Source: Escherichia phage vB_EcoM_G17. From it: DNA of 64,000 bases. The notes beneath the pieces are model-generated. The model was not told the origin of the DNA. It made no database searches and saw only the letters and a program-made list of their open reading frames with translations. Positions 1 to 9,092 of the stretch are shown here, piece by piece. How positions within the stretch are numbered: position 1 is the first letter of the stretch; each line of letters starts with the position of its first letter. The translations under genes and the position numbers were made by a program. The DNA is taken from the sequence record MK327931.1; one strand, 5' to 3'.

Positions 1-269
1 AATTCCAGTAAATTTACACCAATCCAATCAACATCACTATCAGTACTTAATTCCAATCGTAGCTTACCGCTATGACTAACAATATCGCGGAATTTGTATA
101 TTTTATTATCACGAACTATACACAAATCATGGTAATATTCATGTAATTCATCCAAAAACTTTATCCATACCGAACGATAGATTTCACTGTAGAGATATTC
201 TCCAGCATCAACCGTAGCGTATTGGATATACAAAAATTTGTATGTGAATTGTATATCATTTAATAACAT
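1..269 (-). CDS. family C small paralog, 3' end cut by window edge; function unknown
   Basis: ATG at 269 after AGAGG; N-term MLLNDIQFTYKFLY parallels neighbours. Confidence 0.6.
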   Translation of the reverse strand, partial: MLLNDIQFTYKFLYIQYATVDAGEYLYSEIYRSVWIKFLDELHEYYHDLCIVRDNKIYKFRDIVSHSGKLRLELSTDSDVDWIGVNLLE

Positions 270-279
270 ATGTAACCTC

Positions 280-591
280 TTATAAATTCACCAACTTCAC
301 AACTTTAATCTCGATAAATCCCCTATCGGTTATTTCCTGAAATTGAACATGGATTATACCATTATATGATTGCACACCATAGAAATCGAATTTATCATTT
401 CCATCGATAAAAGTACTGTAATTCTTTTTTATATATTCACCTACTGAATCTAAGTACTCAATATATAAATCAATAAATGGTTGTTCTTTGGATCGGTTAT
501 GTGAACCTATGTTGTTACTAACAAGGTATACATCATACAAATCATATAGGATCTTATAAGTGAATTGTATATCATTTAAATTTAATCCCAA
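280..591 (-). CDS. family C small paralog; function unknown
   Basis: N-term LNDIQFTYKILYDLYD; tandem with 582..848 and 845..1120. Confidence 0.7.
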   Translation of the reverse strand: MGLNLNDIQFTYKILYDLYDVYLVSNNIGSHNRSKEQPFIDLYIEYLDSVGEYIKKNYSTFIDGNDKFDFYGVQSYNGIIHVQFQEITDRGFIEIKVVKLVNL

Positions 592-848
592 GGGAATATC
601 TCCAACGGAATACTGGTAAATCCAAAATCAGTGTAGTACTGAACCTCAACTTTACCATCACGTCTAATGATTATATCAGAAAATTCTGCATGGTCATCAC
701 CAATAATAACAGTACTGAATTTTTTTTTAATCTTACCACGAATCGTATGAATCATTTCAGTGCATGTGTCTTCTAGACTAGGGCTATCATTGTCGTGTGC
801 TAAATCTCGAATAATCTTGTATGTTAGTAGGAAATCTTTATAATTCAT
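582..848 (-). CDS. family C small paralog; function unknown
   Basis: N-term MNYKDFLLTYKIIRDL; overlaps neighbours by 4-10 nt. Confidence 0.7.
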   Translation of the reverse strand: MNYKDFLLTYKIIRDLAHDNDSPSLEDTCTEMIHTIRGKIKKKFSTVIIGDDHAEFSDIIIRRDGKVEVQYYTDFGFTSIPLEIFPWD

Positions 849-1120
849 ATGTCCACCAAATCTATACTATATCTTTCATTAGTATTACTATCTATAAATG
901 ATAGTACTAATTTACCACCAAAACTATTAACTTGTTCTATCTTCTGTTTTTTACCACGAATGATTATCTCACTATTAACAAAATATTCACGTATCATTAT
1001 TAAGTGATTAATCCAGATAGTATGAGTGAATGTGTTTTCTCGTATTGTATTGAGATATCTTCCATTGTGATGTAAATCAAACAAAACACTGTATGTATAT
1101 TGTAGAACTTTATAATTCAT
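845..1120 (-). CDS. family C small paralog; function unknown
   Basis: N-term MNYKVLQYTYSVLFDL; ATGA overlap with next gene. Confidence 0.7.
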   Translation of the reverse strand: MNYKVLQYTYSVLFDLHHNGRYLNTIRENTFTHTIWINHLIMIREYFVNSEIIIRGKKQKIEQVNSFGGKLVLSFIDSNTNERYSIDLVDI

Positions 1121-1132
1121 ATATCCCCTTAC

Positions 1133-1160
1133 AAAAATAGCCCGAACTTATGTCGGGCTA
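1133..1160 (-). terminator. rho-independent terminator
   Basis: TAGCCCGA-7nt-TCGGGCTA followed by T5 on minus strand, just after stop of 1167..1853. Confidence 0.75.
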
Positions 1161-1166
1161 TGTACA

Positions 1167-1853
1167 TTATTCATCGTCGTCATCGTCATCTAGATCGATA
1201 TAGATACTATCATCACCATCATCAAAGTACTCCACAATAACTCCTGGAATATTAAGGGCAGTAAACATTGCATCATATTTCTCATCAGATGGAATCAAAA
1301 CAAATTCGTCAATGTTTTGAACTTCTGGCATTTTATCTTCGGGGATACCCATATCAACAAGTGACTGAATAATCTTTTCTTTGAATTCTAAAAACTTCTC
1401 TTCAGATTCAAAATCCATAATAAGCTGTGCAACATATCCTTCATCGTTACCGAATGAAATTGACATTTGTGCATCAGTACCGACATAGCACCAAACACGT
1501 TTACCTGTGTGCTGCTCAATAAAGTTTTGAATCTGTAACACAATGTCATGGCGAGAACTGTTAGCAATGTTGTTAAGATTTTCTACACCAGCATTAATTC
1601 CAGTACTGTCATTTGTTTCTTCAAATTCACCATAATCACCCAATACATACTGTACACCTTCATGATGTAATGCATATGCATAGTCAAGGTCAGCGAGTGA
1701 ATCGCACTTTCCACGGATCGGACGTAGGGAAAGACCTAAGCGAAGATAACGGAAGTATGTATTAGTATTTGTATTTGTCAACGTAATGCTCCTTAACAAT
1801 ATAAAAGTAGTTGCTGTTATTGTCAAAAAAGATAACCATCCCTTTATAGACAT
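1167..1853 (-). CDS. acidic protein with poly-Asp C-terminus; function unknown
   Basis: ORF; C-term DDGDDSIYIDLDDDDDDE; likelier start is TTG at 1781 after AAGGAG, since the upstream part overlaps 1762..2061. Confidence 0.7.
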   Translation of the reverse strand: MSIKGWLSFLTITATTFILLRSITLTNTNTNTYFRYLRLGLSLRPIRGKCDSLADLDYAYALHHEGVQYVLGDYGEFEETNDSTGINAGVENLNNIANSSRHDIVLQIQNFIEQHTGKRVWCYVGTDAQMSISFGNDEGYVAQLIMDFESEEKFLEFKEKIIQSLVDMGIPEDKMPEVQNIDEFVLIPSDEKYDAMFTALNIPGVIVEYFDDGDDSIYIDLDDDDDDE

Positions 1854-2061
1854 TTACACCAATTTTGATTTCACATATGTTATTTGATTTACTCGCTTCA
1901 GTCAATAACATTTTGTGCTCTTTACTGAAAGTGTGGAACAGTGGTTTGACATGCCACATTTCGATACCATCCAGTACTGAAAATTTTTCACTAAATTTAA
2001 TCATTGATTCTTGTAAAAAATATCCTGTAAGATTTATTTCATCACACATGCAAGTTTCCAA
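1762..2061 (-). CDS. hypothetical protein
   Basis: ORF in minus-strand gene train. Confidence 0.6.
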   Translation of the reverse strand: METCMCDEINLTGYFLQESMIKFSEKFSVLDGIEMWHVKPLFHTFSKEHKMLLTEASKSNNICEIKIGVNVYKGMVIFFDNNSNYFYIVKEHYVDKYKY

Positions 2062-2335
2062 GAAAATTAATCACATCTGCATGTGATAATGTATCATTAC
2101 CTTCTAGTACATTAATGATAAACGGCACTTGACGATATAGTTCAGCCAGGAATTGTACCTCATCAGATGTGTAAGAATATCCCATAGGAACAACCTGTGC
2201 AGTCCAGTTTCCTAGAGTTTTGTTAGCAATAATTGCAACTACAGTATTACCTTTGTATTCAACATGGATGGAACGAAATCCTGATTGCTCATTTTGATCC
2301 CAAAGTACTGGATTGGTTTTGAACAGTACTGACAT
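2042..2335 (-). CDS. hypothetical protein
   Basis: ORF in minus-strand gene train. Confidence 0.65.
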   Translation of the reverse strand: MSVLFKTNPVLWDQNEQSGFRSIHVEYKGNTVVAIIANKTLGNWTAQVVPMGYSYTSDEVQFLAELYRQVPFIINVLEGNDTLSHADVINFLGNLHV

Positions 2336-2337
2336 AA

Positions 2338-2871
2338 TTATTTCCTCATGTATTTTATAACGTCTTCAAATAATTGTATTTTTAAGTCCTCGTCATTTCC
2401 AGGTAAAAACTCACGAAAACTATCAAAATCTTCATTTTTTGCGAAGTTACGCATTTGTGTTGAGCTATATTGACTTACATTACGGTCAATACCTGCCTGA
2501 ATTGCTTTTATACTACAAAAATTATACAACTTACCATTGTACATGTCAAGAGTTTTTTGAAAAGAATCAATACGGTCAGAACCACAAATGAAAAGAACAT
2601 CTAAGTACTTTCCATCCAGTTCTCTCATTATATCAAATAGATTGTCTTCTGTGTAGATGTTCTCTTGCACTGAAGGATAGAATCCCTCTGTATAATACAT
2701 TTTTAGTTCAGGTGGGAGTGGGTTTTTTATATTGTCAGTACTGGTGCTTAGATATATTTTTAAATCAGCATTGTACTGTTCTTGTAATGTTTTGGCCTTT
2801 TCAAAAACTAAACCATGTCCACGATGTACAGGATTAATACGACCAAACGTTAATACACATGTTTCTTTCAT
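2338..2871 (-). CDS. HxGH-type nucleotidyltransferase (NMNAT/PPAT/cytidylyltransferase-like fold)
   Basis: N-term FGRINPVHRGH (HxGH motif) and C-terminal SSTQMRN (SxTxxR motif); ~177 aa like archaeal-type NMNAT. Confidence 0.7.
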   Translation of the reverse strand: MKETCVLTFGRINPVHRGHGLVFEKAKTLQEQYNADLKIYLSTSTDNIKNPLPPELKMYYTEGFYPSVQENIYTEDNLFDIMRELDGKYLDVLFICGSDRIDSFQKTLDMYNGKLYNFCSIKAIQAGIDRNVSQYSSTQMRNFAKNEDFDSFREFLPGNDEDLKIQLFEDVIKYMRK

Positions 2872-3389
2872 AAATTCTTCATCACCAATCCGAGAGATTT
2901 AAGATAATTAATTTTAGCAGTGGTTAAGTACTTATCCAGTACTATCAGACACGAAGGAAATGGTGCTGAATCTGTTTTCTTATCGGGTTCTTCTGGTATA
3001 CCAAATCGTAATCTTCCCTTAATAAAACAAATACAATCACATATTTTAGCAGCATAATCCTGAAAAGCAATTGTGTCGGTTCTTGAGGGTACAAGAATAA
3101 CTACAGTTGCCCCGTTATTATATGCATCTACTGCTTTAGATAACCAAGTTTTCAAATCACTGTATGGTGGATTCAACCAAACTATATTATTTCCCCAATC
3201 CTGTGATAGTGAATCATCTTCTGGAGTGAAAAAATTATCACACAATGCAGTCTCATCAACACAAGCAGCATCAAGTGTAAATCCCCATAACTCATCCAAA
3301 TCTTCAAAGAAATCTTTGGGAGTTGTCCAGTTATCTTTTCCAGTACTGAAATGTACTGAATGTTTTTTCGAAGCATCCTTCTTCGACAT
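2868..3389 (-). CDS. dam: phage-type DNA N6-adenine methyltransferase (Dam family)
   Basis: DNWTTPKDFFEDLDELWGFTLDAAC ... VWLNPPYS catalytic NPPY; 4-nt overlap with downstream nucleotidyltransferase. Confidence 0.8.
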   Translation of the reverse strand: MSKKDASKKHSVHFSTGKDNWTTPKDFFEDLDELWGFTLDAACVDETALCDNFFTPEDDSLSQDWGNNIVWLNPPYSDLKTWLSKAVDAYNNGATVVILVPSRTDTIAFQDYAAKICDCICFIKGRLRFGIPEEPDKKTDSAPFPSCLIVLDKYLTTAKINYLKSLGLVMKNL

Positions 3390-3405
3390 TATATAATTCC
3401 TTTTG

Positions 3406-3951
3406 TTAGAGACAGTTGTGTACTATCTTATCAAAAGTACTACTGTCAATGTTATATTCATATAAAAATTTAAAATGTGAACCGTAACGCATCATCAGAT
3501 TAAACTCTTCTTCAGTATTGAACTTGTAATCATGAATAGTCTCAGGGGTACATTTTAAACCCAAGAACTCTATAATTTCAGATGTTACATCATATCCTGA
3601 ATTGAAGTATTTAACCCAAACACATTTTCCTTGTGGGTTGTATTTTCTATATTCTCCTTCTAGTTCTCCTTTAATAATATGAGCCTTAACACTTATTGAA
3701 TTATTACTATATCTTTCTTCAAAATAATTACCATACTGGGCTTTTGATATTGTTGGTTTTTGAGTAGGAAGTAATTTAACTGAAGTTACTTCAATTCCAT
3801 TTTGTAATTCCTTTATATAAGAAATGCATCCTTTTTCTTTAATAACCACATATCCAGTAAAGATATCTTCGTCTTGTGATTGATTAATGCAATCATCAAA
3901 ATTCAAAGTTTTATAAGTAACAGTTTTTTCTTTTCTAATAAATGCCATCAT
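3406..3951 (-). CDS. hypothetical protein (weak MORN/YwqK-like repeat resemblance)
   Basis: ORF trimmed to MMAFIRKEK; GEYRKYNPQGKCVWVKYFNSG-type repeat. Confidence 0.6.
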   Translation of the reverse strand: MMAFIRKEKTVTYKTLNFDDCINQSQDEDIFTGYVVIKEKGCISYIKELQNGIEVTSVKLLPTQKPTISKAQYGNYFEERYSNNSISVKAHIIKGELEGEYRKYNPQGKCVWVKYFNSGYDVTSEIIEFLGLKCTPETIHDYKFNTEEEFNLMMRYGSHFKFLYEYNIDSSTFDKIVHNCL

Positions 3952-4039
3952 TATTCCTATGGAAACATCAATGAATATACGTGACGTTGATTGCATCAAC
4001 ATCAGTAGAATTATCATGCTACGCATGTCTAATTCTACA

Positions 4040-4568
4040 CAAGTACTATTTTCTTTTAATTAATATTGACGGGGTTTGCTTGAGCATATTTCATCCCCCC
4101 GCAGGGGAAAGAACAAAAAAATTTGACGCTGGTGGCCTTCACATAGTTCATATCACGAATTCTCTTACGAGACGAAAGCGGGTTGCTCTGTTTCTCTCTA
4201 TCGCGGTTCTTGTAGCAACGGTCGTCGGTCTTAAACATCCCGACACATAATACAAATACCATATGACCAGTACTTGTATTTGATTTCACAAAATTTGGAC
4301 GCAACTATATTGTATAATTCCGACCGCATATTTCTTATGAAATCTCCCTTAGATAATTGGTAAGGTGCGATCCTTATATGTCTATCGAGGAACTCTCTTT
4401 ATCCTATTGGAGTTCTTTATACAGCCGCATTGCCGTGAGTGGTTCAAACTATGCCATCATCTAACGGGTTTCATCTGCTGTTCGTACTGAAAGGACTACT
4501 CATCTACCCTCTACATTTTCGAGTGGATTAGGCTTTTAATCATTTCCTTATGGGAACCTTTCAGGATT
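4040..4568. other. ORF-poor, GC-richer island; candidate structured RNA
   Basis: ~0.5 kb with no convincing ORF in a dense genome; local hairpins such as TCCCC-CCGCA-GGGGA and GTTGCT..AGCAAC; contains a plus-strand Chi. Confidence 0.25.
4128..4135 (+). other. Chi octamer GCTGGTGG (plus strand)
   Basis: exact match read in gacGCTGGTGGcc. Confidence 0.8.
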
Positions 4569-4601
4569 AAAAAAAGGTGACTAACATATTATGTTGTCAC
4601 C
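4569..4601 (-). terminator. rho-independent terminator
   Basis: GGTGACTAACAT-att-ATGTTgTCACC stem followed by T7 on minus strand, 30 nt after stop of 4632..5486. Confidence 0.8.
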
Positions 4602-4631
4602 TTATATTATATCATTAACTTATCATTTGTC

Positions 4632-5486
4632 TCAGTTATATTCGGTTTTTTCTGTGAAATTTGTTAGTATATCAACACTAAAACTTCGAATAACCTCAAT
4701 CCTGCTTGGCATGAAACGATGTTTATTTTTAATATACAACTCATCATCTTCAATAAAAGACGTAAAAATAAATGTCATATCTTCACGTGGAATTTGTAAA
4801 ATATCACACATTTCATTTGCCGATGCTACTGGTGAATCGTTGTAGTACTGAGAGTATGCACTAGATTGGCGACCGATTATAATAGAATTTCTGATTAGAA
4901 AATTACTACAGTACTGAAAATCTTTGTAGTACTTTTCAATAATGTAAGGCATAAGTGCTTCTTTCACGTCTTCATAACCATTAGTACTATCAATTGCTAT
5001 ACAGTAATCTTCACGTTCTTTTTTCTCATGATGGTAATCATAAACATACTCAAAGAATGAATTTTTATTTAATGAATCATTTAAACCAACTGACCCACTA
5101 TAGTATGATTTTCTATCATTCATTCGATCATCTGGGCATGATGCATACATAGAAGTGTCATGTGATGATGTACCAATATAAATTTTCTTAGTAATATGAT
5201 TATACGCTATGTAATCATAATCTTGAACTCCAGTCAGCATTAACTGGAACATTAAATCATCAGGAACATCAATTAACGGGTACTCAAACTTCGAATATCT
5301 ACTGCGGCAGAAGTTCTTTTCAAATGCTCGGTATGCGATAAAATCTTTTAGATTTTTACAAGATTCATGTTCATGAGCACTACTGCTACGTACATTGACA
5401 TTAGTCGATGTGCAATATCCATCCGAATCTTCGGTGAAGTTACCAGCATAATCCTTATTGTAGTCAACGATTAGATAAAGTTTCAT
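4632..5486 (-). CDS. hypothetical protein
   Basis: 284-aa ORF, own terminator. Confidence 0.75.
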   Translation of the reverse strand: MKLYLIVDYNKDYAGNFTEDSDGYCTSTNVNVRSSSAHEHESCKNLKDFIAYRAFEKNFCRSRYSKFEYPLIDVPDDLMFQLMLTGVQDYDYIAYNHITKKIYIGTSSHDTSMYASCPDDRMNDRKSYYSGSVGLNDSLNKNSFFEYVYDYHHEKKEREDYCIAIDSTNGYEDVKEALMPYIIEKYYKDFQYCSNFLIRNSIIIGRQSSAYSQYYNDSPVASANEMCDILQIPREDMTFIFTSFIEDDELYIKNKHRFMPSRIEVIRSFSVDILTNFTEKTEYN

Positions 5487-5498
5487 ACATCTCCAGAC

Positions 5499-5530
5499 AA
5501 AAAAAAGGACGAGATAACAAATCCCGTCCT
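5499..5530 (-). terminator. rho-independent terminator
   Basis: AGGACG..CGTCCT stem followed by T8 on minus strand after stop of 5539..5844. Confidence 0.75.
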
Positions 5531-5538
5531 TTGGTTTA

Positions 5539-5844
5539 TTAGTGACTTGCCCAGCAGTAAACAGGACGTAGATTTTCCATTGGATTTACTTCAGGCTTCA
5601 GTACTGTTACACGTACTTCATATGGAGTTCCATCTGCGTGATGGAATGTTTCATAATGAATACTTTCAATAAATGTTTCGTATTCTTCTTGTGAACGTGA
5701 ACGTACTGATGATGAATATTTCTTTTTAGAATCTGCTTTAAGTGTAACACTAACTAGTTCTGATTCCTCACCTTCTTCAAGTTTGTTGAAATCGAACTCT
5801 GGTACACCTTCAAACATATCAAATTTCATTCCATTGTCTTCCAT
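5539..5844 (-). CDS. hypothetical protein
   Basis: ORF; the start may be the internal MKFDMF. Confidence 0.7.
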   Translation of the reverse strand: MEDNGMKFDMFEGVPEFDFNKLEEGEESELVSVTLKADSKKKYSSSVRSRSQEEYETFIESIHYETFHHADGTPYEVRVTVLKPEVNPMENLRPVYCWASH

Positions 5845-5893
5845 TTTTAAATTCCTTTTATATAATGTTAATTAGATATTTTTAATAAGCAGA

Positions 5894-6280
5894 TTAGATT
5901 GTGTCATACTGTAGTGTTCCGTGACGGAATTTTTCAAGTCGTGCTAGAACTTCTTTTCGTTCAACAATTTCTGGAACATCTTCTTGTAGTTGATCACAAA
6001 CTTCAACAATGAAGTCCCAATCACTCTCACAACTTTGTCGTACCGCCTCAATTGTTTTCCAATCAGTACTGATATCACCATCAGCATTTTGATATACAGG
6101 CCAAACTTTTCCATAATCAGCAATGGATTTGTCATTTAGAATACGAATGGCATTGAAAATCTGACCAGTACTGAAGTGTTTTGTATTCTTCATATCTTCT
6201 AAACAGCATAGCTTTGGCTCACCTTTTACTTCAATGAGTAAAACACCACCAATTGCTTTTAGGACTGAACTTGTATTCAT
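5894..6280 (-). CDS. hypothetical protein
   Basis: 128-aa ORF. Confidence 0.7.
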   Translation of the reverse strand: MNTSSVLKAIGGVLLIEVKGEPKLCCLEDMKNTKHFSTGQIFNAIRILNDKSIADYGKVWPVYQNADGDISTDWKTIEAVRQSCESDWDFIVEVCDQLQEDVPEIVERKEVLARLEKFRHGTLQYDTI

Positions 6281-6295
6281 CTATATCTCCGTTAT

Positions 6296-6344
6296 CAAAA
6301 AAAAGATGTGAACATTATATCACAAGAATCTAATATGTTCACAT
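6296..6344 (-). terminator. rho-independent terminator
   Basis: 10-bp stem ATGTGAACAT..ATGTTCACAT followed by T8 on minus strand after stop of 6353..6646. Confidence 0.8.
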
Positions 6345-6352
6345 TATTTTCA

Positions 6353-6646
6353 TTAGATTTTAATAATATTGTACCAGTTATCAAAATCCTCAATTGCTAG
6401 AATGAACATATTTTCATCATTGAAATCTAAAATATGTTCATTGTATAGGTAACTAATGTACTTGTTTTTGCATAGTCTAGCATTCATTAGTAACATTTCT
6501 ACTGCACGTTCATAAGAACAAGGAACAAGGTATAACTTAGTACCATCTTGGTGAATAATTTCCTCAGCACCATGTGGTATAAAACGTTCTGCTGTATGTG
6601 GAATATACGGCTTAGTTTTAAAAATAATTTTGAATTTAGTATCCAT
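6353..6646 (-). CDS. hypothetical protein
   Basis: 97-aa ORF. Confidence 0.7.
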   Translation of the reverse strand: MDTKFKIIFKTKPYIPHTAERFIPHGAEEIIHQDGTKLYLVPCSYERAVEMLLMNARLCKNKYISYLYNEHILDFNDENMFILAIEDFDNWYNIIKI

Positions 6647-6662
6647 ACCAAATCCTCCAGAT

Positions 6663-7511
6663 TTATAATGTTTCTTTTATGTTATGTAACATAGTATTAA
6701 CTATGCACATCTTACCACCTAACTTGTAGTAATATTCTAACTTATTAATAATATTACTTTTTAATATATCAAATATTTGATATTCATTTGGATCGAAACT
6801 AAGTTCGAATTGGAATGTATATAAATTGTTAAAGAGGTGAACTAATGATGCATCTGGTGATTCCATTGTAACTGTATATTTTTCACGATAACCAGTACTA
6901 ATCACTACTTCGGATATATCACCTTTCATGTATATGTCAATATTGTACATCATTGGTCTGCCTGTGGCAATATCTTTCATGCGAAAGAATGCAGTACTAC
7001 GATATACAATGCCTTCTGAAACCTGTTCTTGTATAGTGATATTTGAAACTTCACTCTCTTGGAATTTGGACTCGAATGAATGAGTGTAATTTGTTTTTTC
7101 ATTATCCGTGTGCATAGTACATGTGTATTTTCCAAAATCATCTCTAGATGTATATGATTTATCACTGCTAGTTTTATAGAACGAAACACCATTAATATGT
7201 TGTTCTTTATACATCATCGTGTCATGGGATTTGTAGTATGAACAATTAGGTGTTGAAAGAGATTCAAACTTGTTCACGTCATGACAGTAAGAAATAGAAG
7301 AATCGCTATACATTACTACATCACGAATTGCAACTTCTTTTGTAAAACCTTTTTTGACGGAAATTTGAAAGTCATTGTATGGGAAGATTGTATATCCATC
7401 GTATGCATCTGATGTACTGATACCAAATGGTGTAGTAGAATTCAGAAATTCGTTGATATGTTCAAGTACTGAATACTTTTTAAAATTAAGAAAATCTGAA
7501 ATATCTAACAT
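6663..7511 (-). CDS. hypothetical protein
   Basis: ORF trimmed to ATG 7511 after GAGGA (the track start 7517 is TTG). Confidence 0.75.
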   Translation of the reverse strand: MLDISDFLNFKKYSVLEHINEFLNSTTPFGISTSDAYDGYTIFPYNDFQISVKKGFTKEVAIRDVVMYSDSSISYCHDVNKFESLSTPNCSYYKSHDTMMYKEQHINGVSFYKTSSDKSYTSRDDFGKYTCTMHTDNEKTNYTHSFESKFQESEVSNITIQEQVSEGIVYRSTAFFRMKDIATGRPMMYNIDIYMKGDISEVVISTGYREKYTVTMESPDASLVHLFNNLYTFQFELSFDPNEYQIFDILKSNIINKLEYYYKLGGKMCIVNTMLHNIKETL

Positions 7512-7534
7512 ATACAATCCTCATAAATTTAGAC

Positions 7535-7562
7535 AAAAAATTAGTCGAGAATAAATCTCGAC
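7535..7562 (-). terminator. rho-independent terminator
   Basis: GTCGAGA-5nt-TCTCGAC followed by T-run on minus strand, spanning the stop of 7541..7672. Confidence 0.65.
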
Positions 7563-7672
7563 TTGTGTTTTACTTTACCATTTTTCATTTCTTTTTTACG
7601 ATCCACATGTGTCTGAGGCTTGTTAAACTCATTCATGTGTTTCTGTACGAAATTGTTTACTTTCTTAGCCAT
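7541..7672 (-). CDS. small basic protein (43 aa); function unknown
   Basis: below track cutoff; GGAG 6 nt upstream of ATG; MAKKVNNFVQKHMNEFNKPQTHVDRKKEMKNGKVKHKSRFILD. Confidence 0.5.
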   Translation of the reverse strand: MAKKVNNFVQKHMNEFNKPQTHVDRKKEMKNGKVKHKSRFILD

Positions 7673-7674
7673 AC

Positions 7675-8148
7675 TTACTCCAAACTGGGATCTTTAACTG
7701 TTAGACTTTCTATGTCACTCGCATAAAGAACTACATTGGATTGATTTTCAGACACTTTAAAGTCGTGATAACTGTCTTTGACGATAAAATTATCTAATAT
7801 AAACCCTTTACTACAGCACATCATAATTTTATCATCTTTGATTGTGTAGGTGTTTTTCTTTTTACGTACTTCAGATTGTGGCGTAATACTATCGTTATTA
7901 CGAATAACACAATCAATATATTGTTCATTTGTACTCATAGGCATACCCATGATAAACGAGTTTTCAGTACTGATTGTTAGTATAAAAACGTTAGTATTTG
8001 GGTTGTGAAAAAAATCATGCATTGTCTTGCTACACAAAAATAGACATTGAATAATGTCCTTCACATTAAACATTATATCATGAACTTTGAATGCGTCCAA
8101 CTCTAAAATGTCATCAATTTTCCCATTTTCAACAGTTTTAATCTCCAT
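7675..8148 (-). CDS. hypothetical protein
   Basis: 157-aa ORF. Confidence 0.7.
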   Translation of the reverse strand: MEIKTVENGKIDDILELDAFKVHDIMFNVKDIIQCLFLCSKTMHDFFHNPNTNVFILTISTENSFIMGMPMSTNEQYIDCVIRNNDSITPQSEVRKKKNTYTIKDDKIMMCCSKGFILDNFIVKDSYHDFKVSENQSNVVLYASDIESLTVKDPSLE

Positions 8149-8190
8149 GATCTATCCTTGATCTTCTAATGCACTCCATGTGCGTTTTTA

Positions 8191-8688
8191 TTAAGTCACT
8201 GCATTATACTTCTCTATAGCATTAGTAATATTTAATATAGCTTCAGGAACCATTTCTTTATTGTATTCACGTTTTAAATTTTCCATTTTCTTAATAATTT
8301 CCAAGAAAAATGGCAAAATACATGAAGTATCTGTAAAATTACATGAGTACAAAGTACTCATTTGAAATAATTCACCTGAATCAATATTAAGAGATTTGTA
8401 TTCCTTAACAATGTTTTCGTTTGTATTGAAAATATGAAATACTGTTCCCATGTGATGAAGATATACACCATTCTCATTTTGAATATGGCATGGTGTGATT
8501 ACAATAGCAGTGTTGTCAATATTATTTACTATTGATAAACGTAGACTATGTAAACCTAAAATAACAGTACAATCACTTGAACTGCTTTGAATTTGGTCAG
8601 CAGTTTGTGTAACACTTGTAATATTTTCCCCATCAAGACAACTCTTGATTTTATCAAATGAATTTTTCATTGATTTAGTTAGATACAT
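8191..8688 (-). CDS. family A paralog; function unknown
   Basis: core SGELFQMSTLY. Confidence 0.75.
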   Translation of the reverse strand: MYLTKSMKNSFDKIKSCLDGENITSVTQTADQIQSSSSDCTVILGLHSLRLSIVNNIDNTAIVITPCHIQNENGVYLHHMGTVFHIFNTNENIVKEYKSLNIDSGELFQMSTLYSCNFTDTSCILPFFLEIIKKMENLKREYNKEMVPEAILNITNAIEKYNAVT

Positions 8689-9092
8689 TTATGAACACCT
8701 TCGAAATATTTGATTAATGATTTTATCATATCGCTACTAATGCCATGTAAGTCAACACCTAAACACTCGTATTGAAAAAAATCAATATCCTCCAGTGTGT
8801 TTAGATCAATTTCCACCTTATCATGACCCAACGAATTCATAATAACGTTTTTATCATTAATTGTCAAGAAAGTTTTTTTATCTGAACCTAAAAAGATTTT
8901 TACATGTTTTTTTGGCATTACATCATAAGATAAAGATTGTGAACCATAAATGTATATGCCTTCCATTGAACCAATATCTATAAAATATAGACGAATCCCT
9001 TTGTGGTATTTTGACTCCTTAGTGATCGCCTCTATTAGTTCATCTGTGGTTGTTAACCTTGTTTCTTTCTTCTCTAAATTGCTCAAATGCAT
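8679..9092 (-). CDS. family A paralog; function unknown
   Basis: core EDIDFFQYECLG. Confidence 0.7.
   Translation of the reverse strand: MHLSNLEKKETRLTTTDELIEAITKESKYHKGIRLYFIDIGSMEGIYIYGSQSLSYDVMPKKHVKIFLGSDKKTFLTINDKNVIMNSLGHDKVEIDLNTLEDIDFFQYECLGVDLHGISSDMIKSLIKYFEGVHKCI

Noticed and set aside
4056-4304. 82-aa minus ORF and 89-aa plus ORF (3981..4250) in the GC-richer island
   Set aside because: They are mutually antisense, have no SD and have implausible sequences. I treated the region as non-coding.
4430-4470. GGTTCAAAC, resembling a tRNA T-loop
   Set aside because: The flanking bases do not form a T-stem, and no acceptor or anticodon arms could be drawn. No tRNA was called.
7541-7672. 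Possible ArfA-like ribosome-rescue factor (basic KK..K.GK..HK tail)
   Set aside because: The resemblance is only compositional and I cannot align it convincingly from memory. It is kept as a small basic protein of unknown function.
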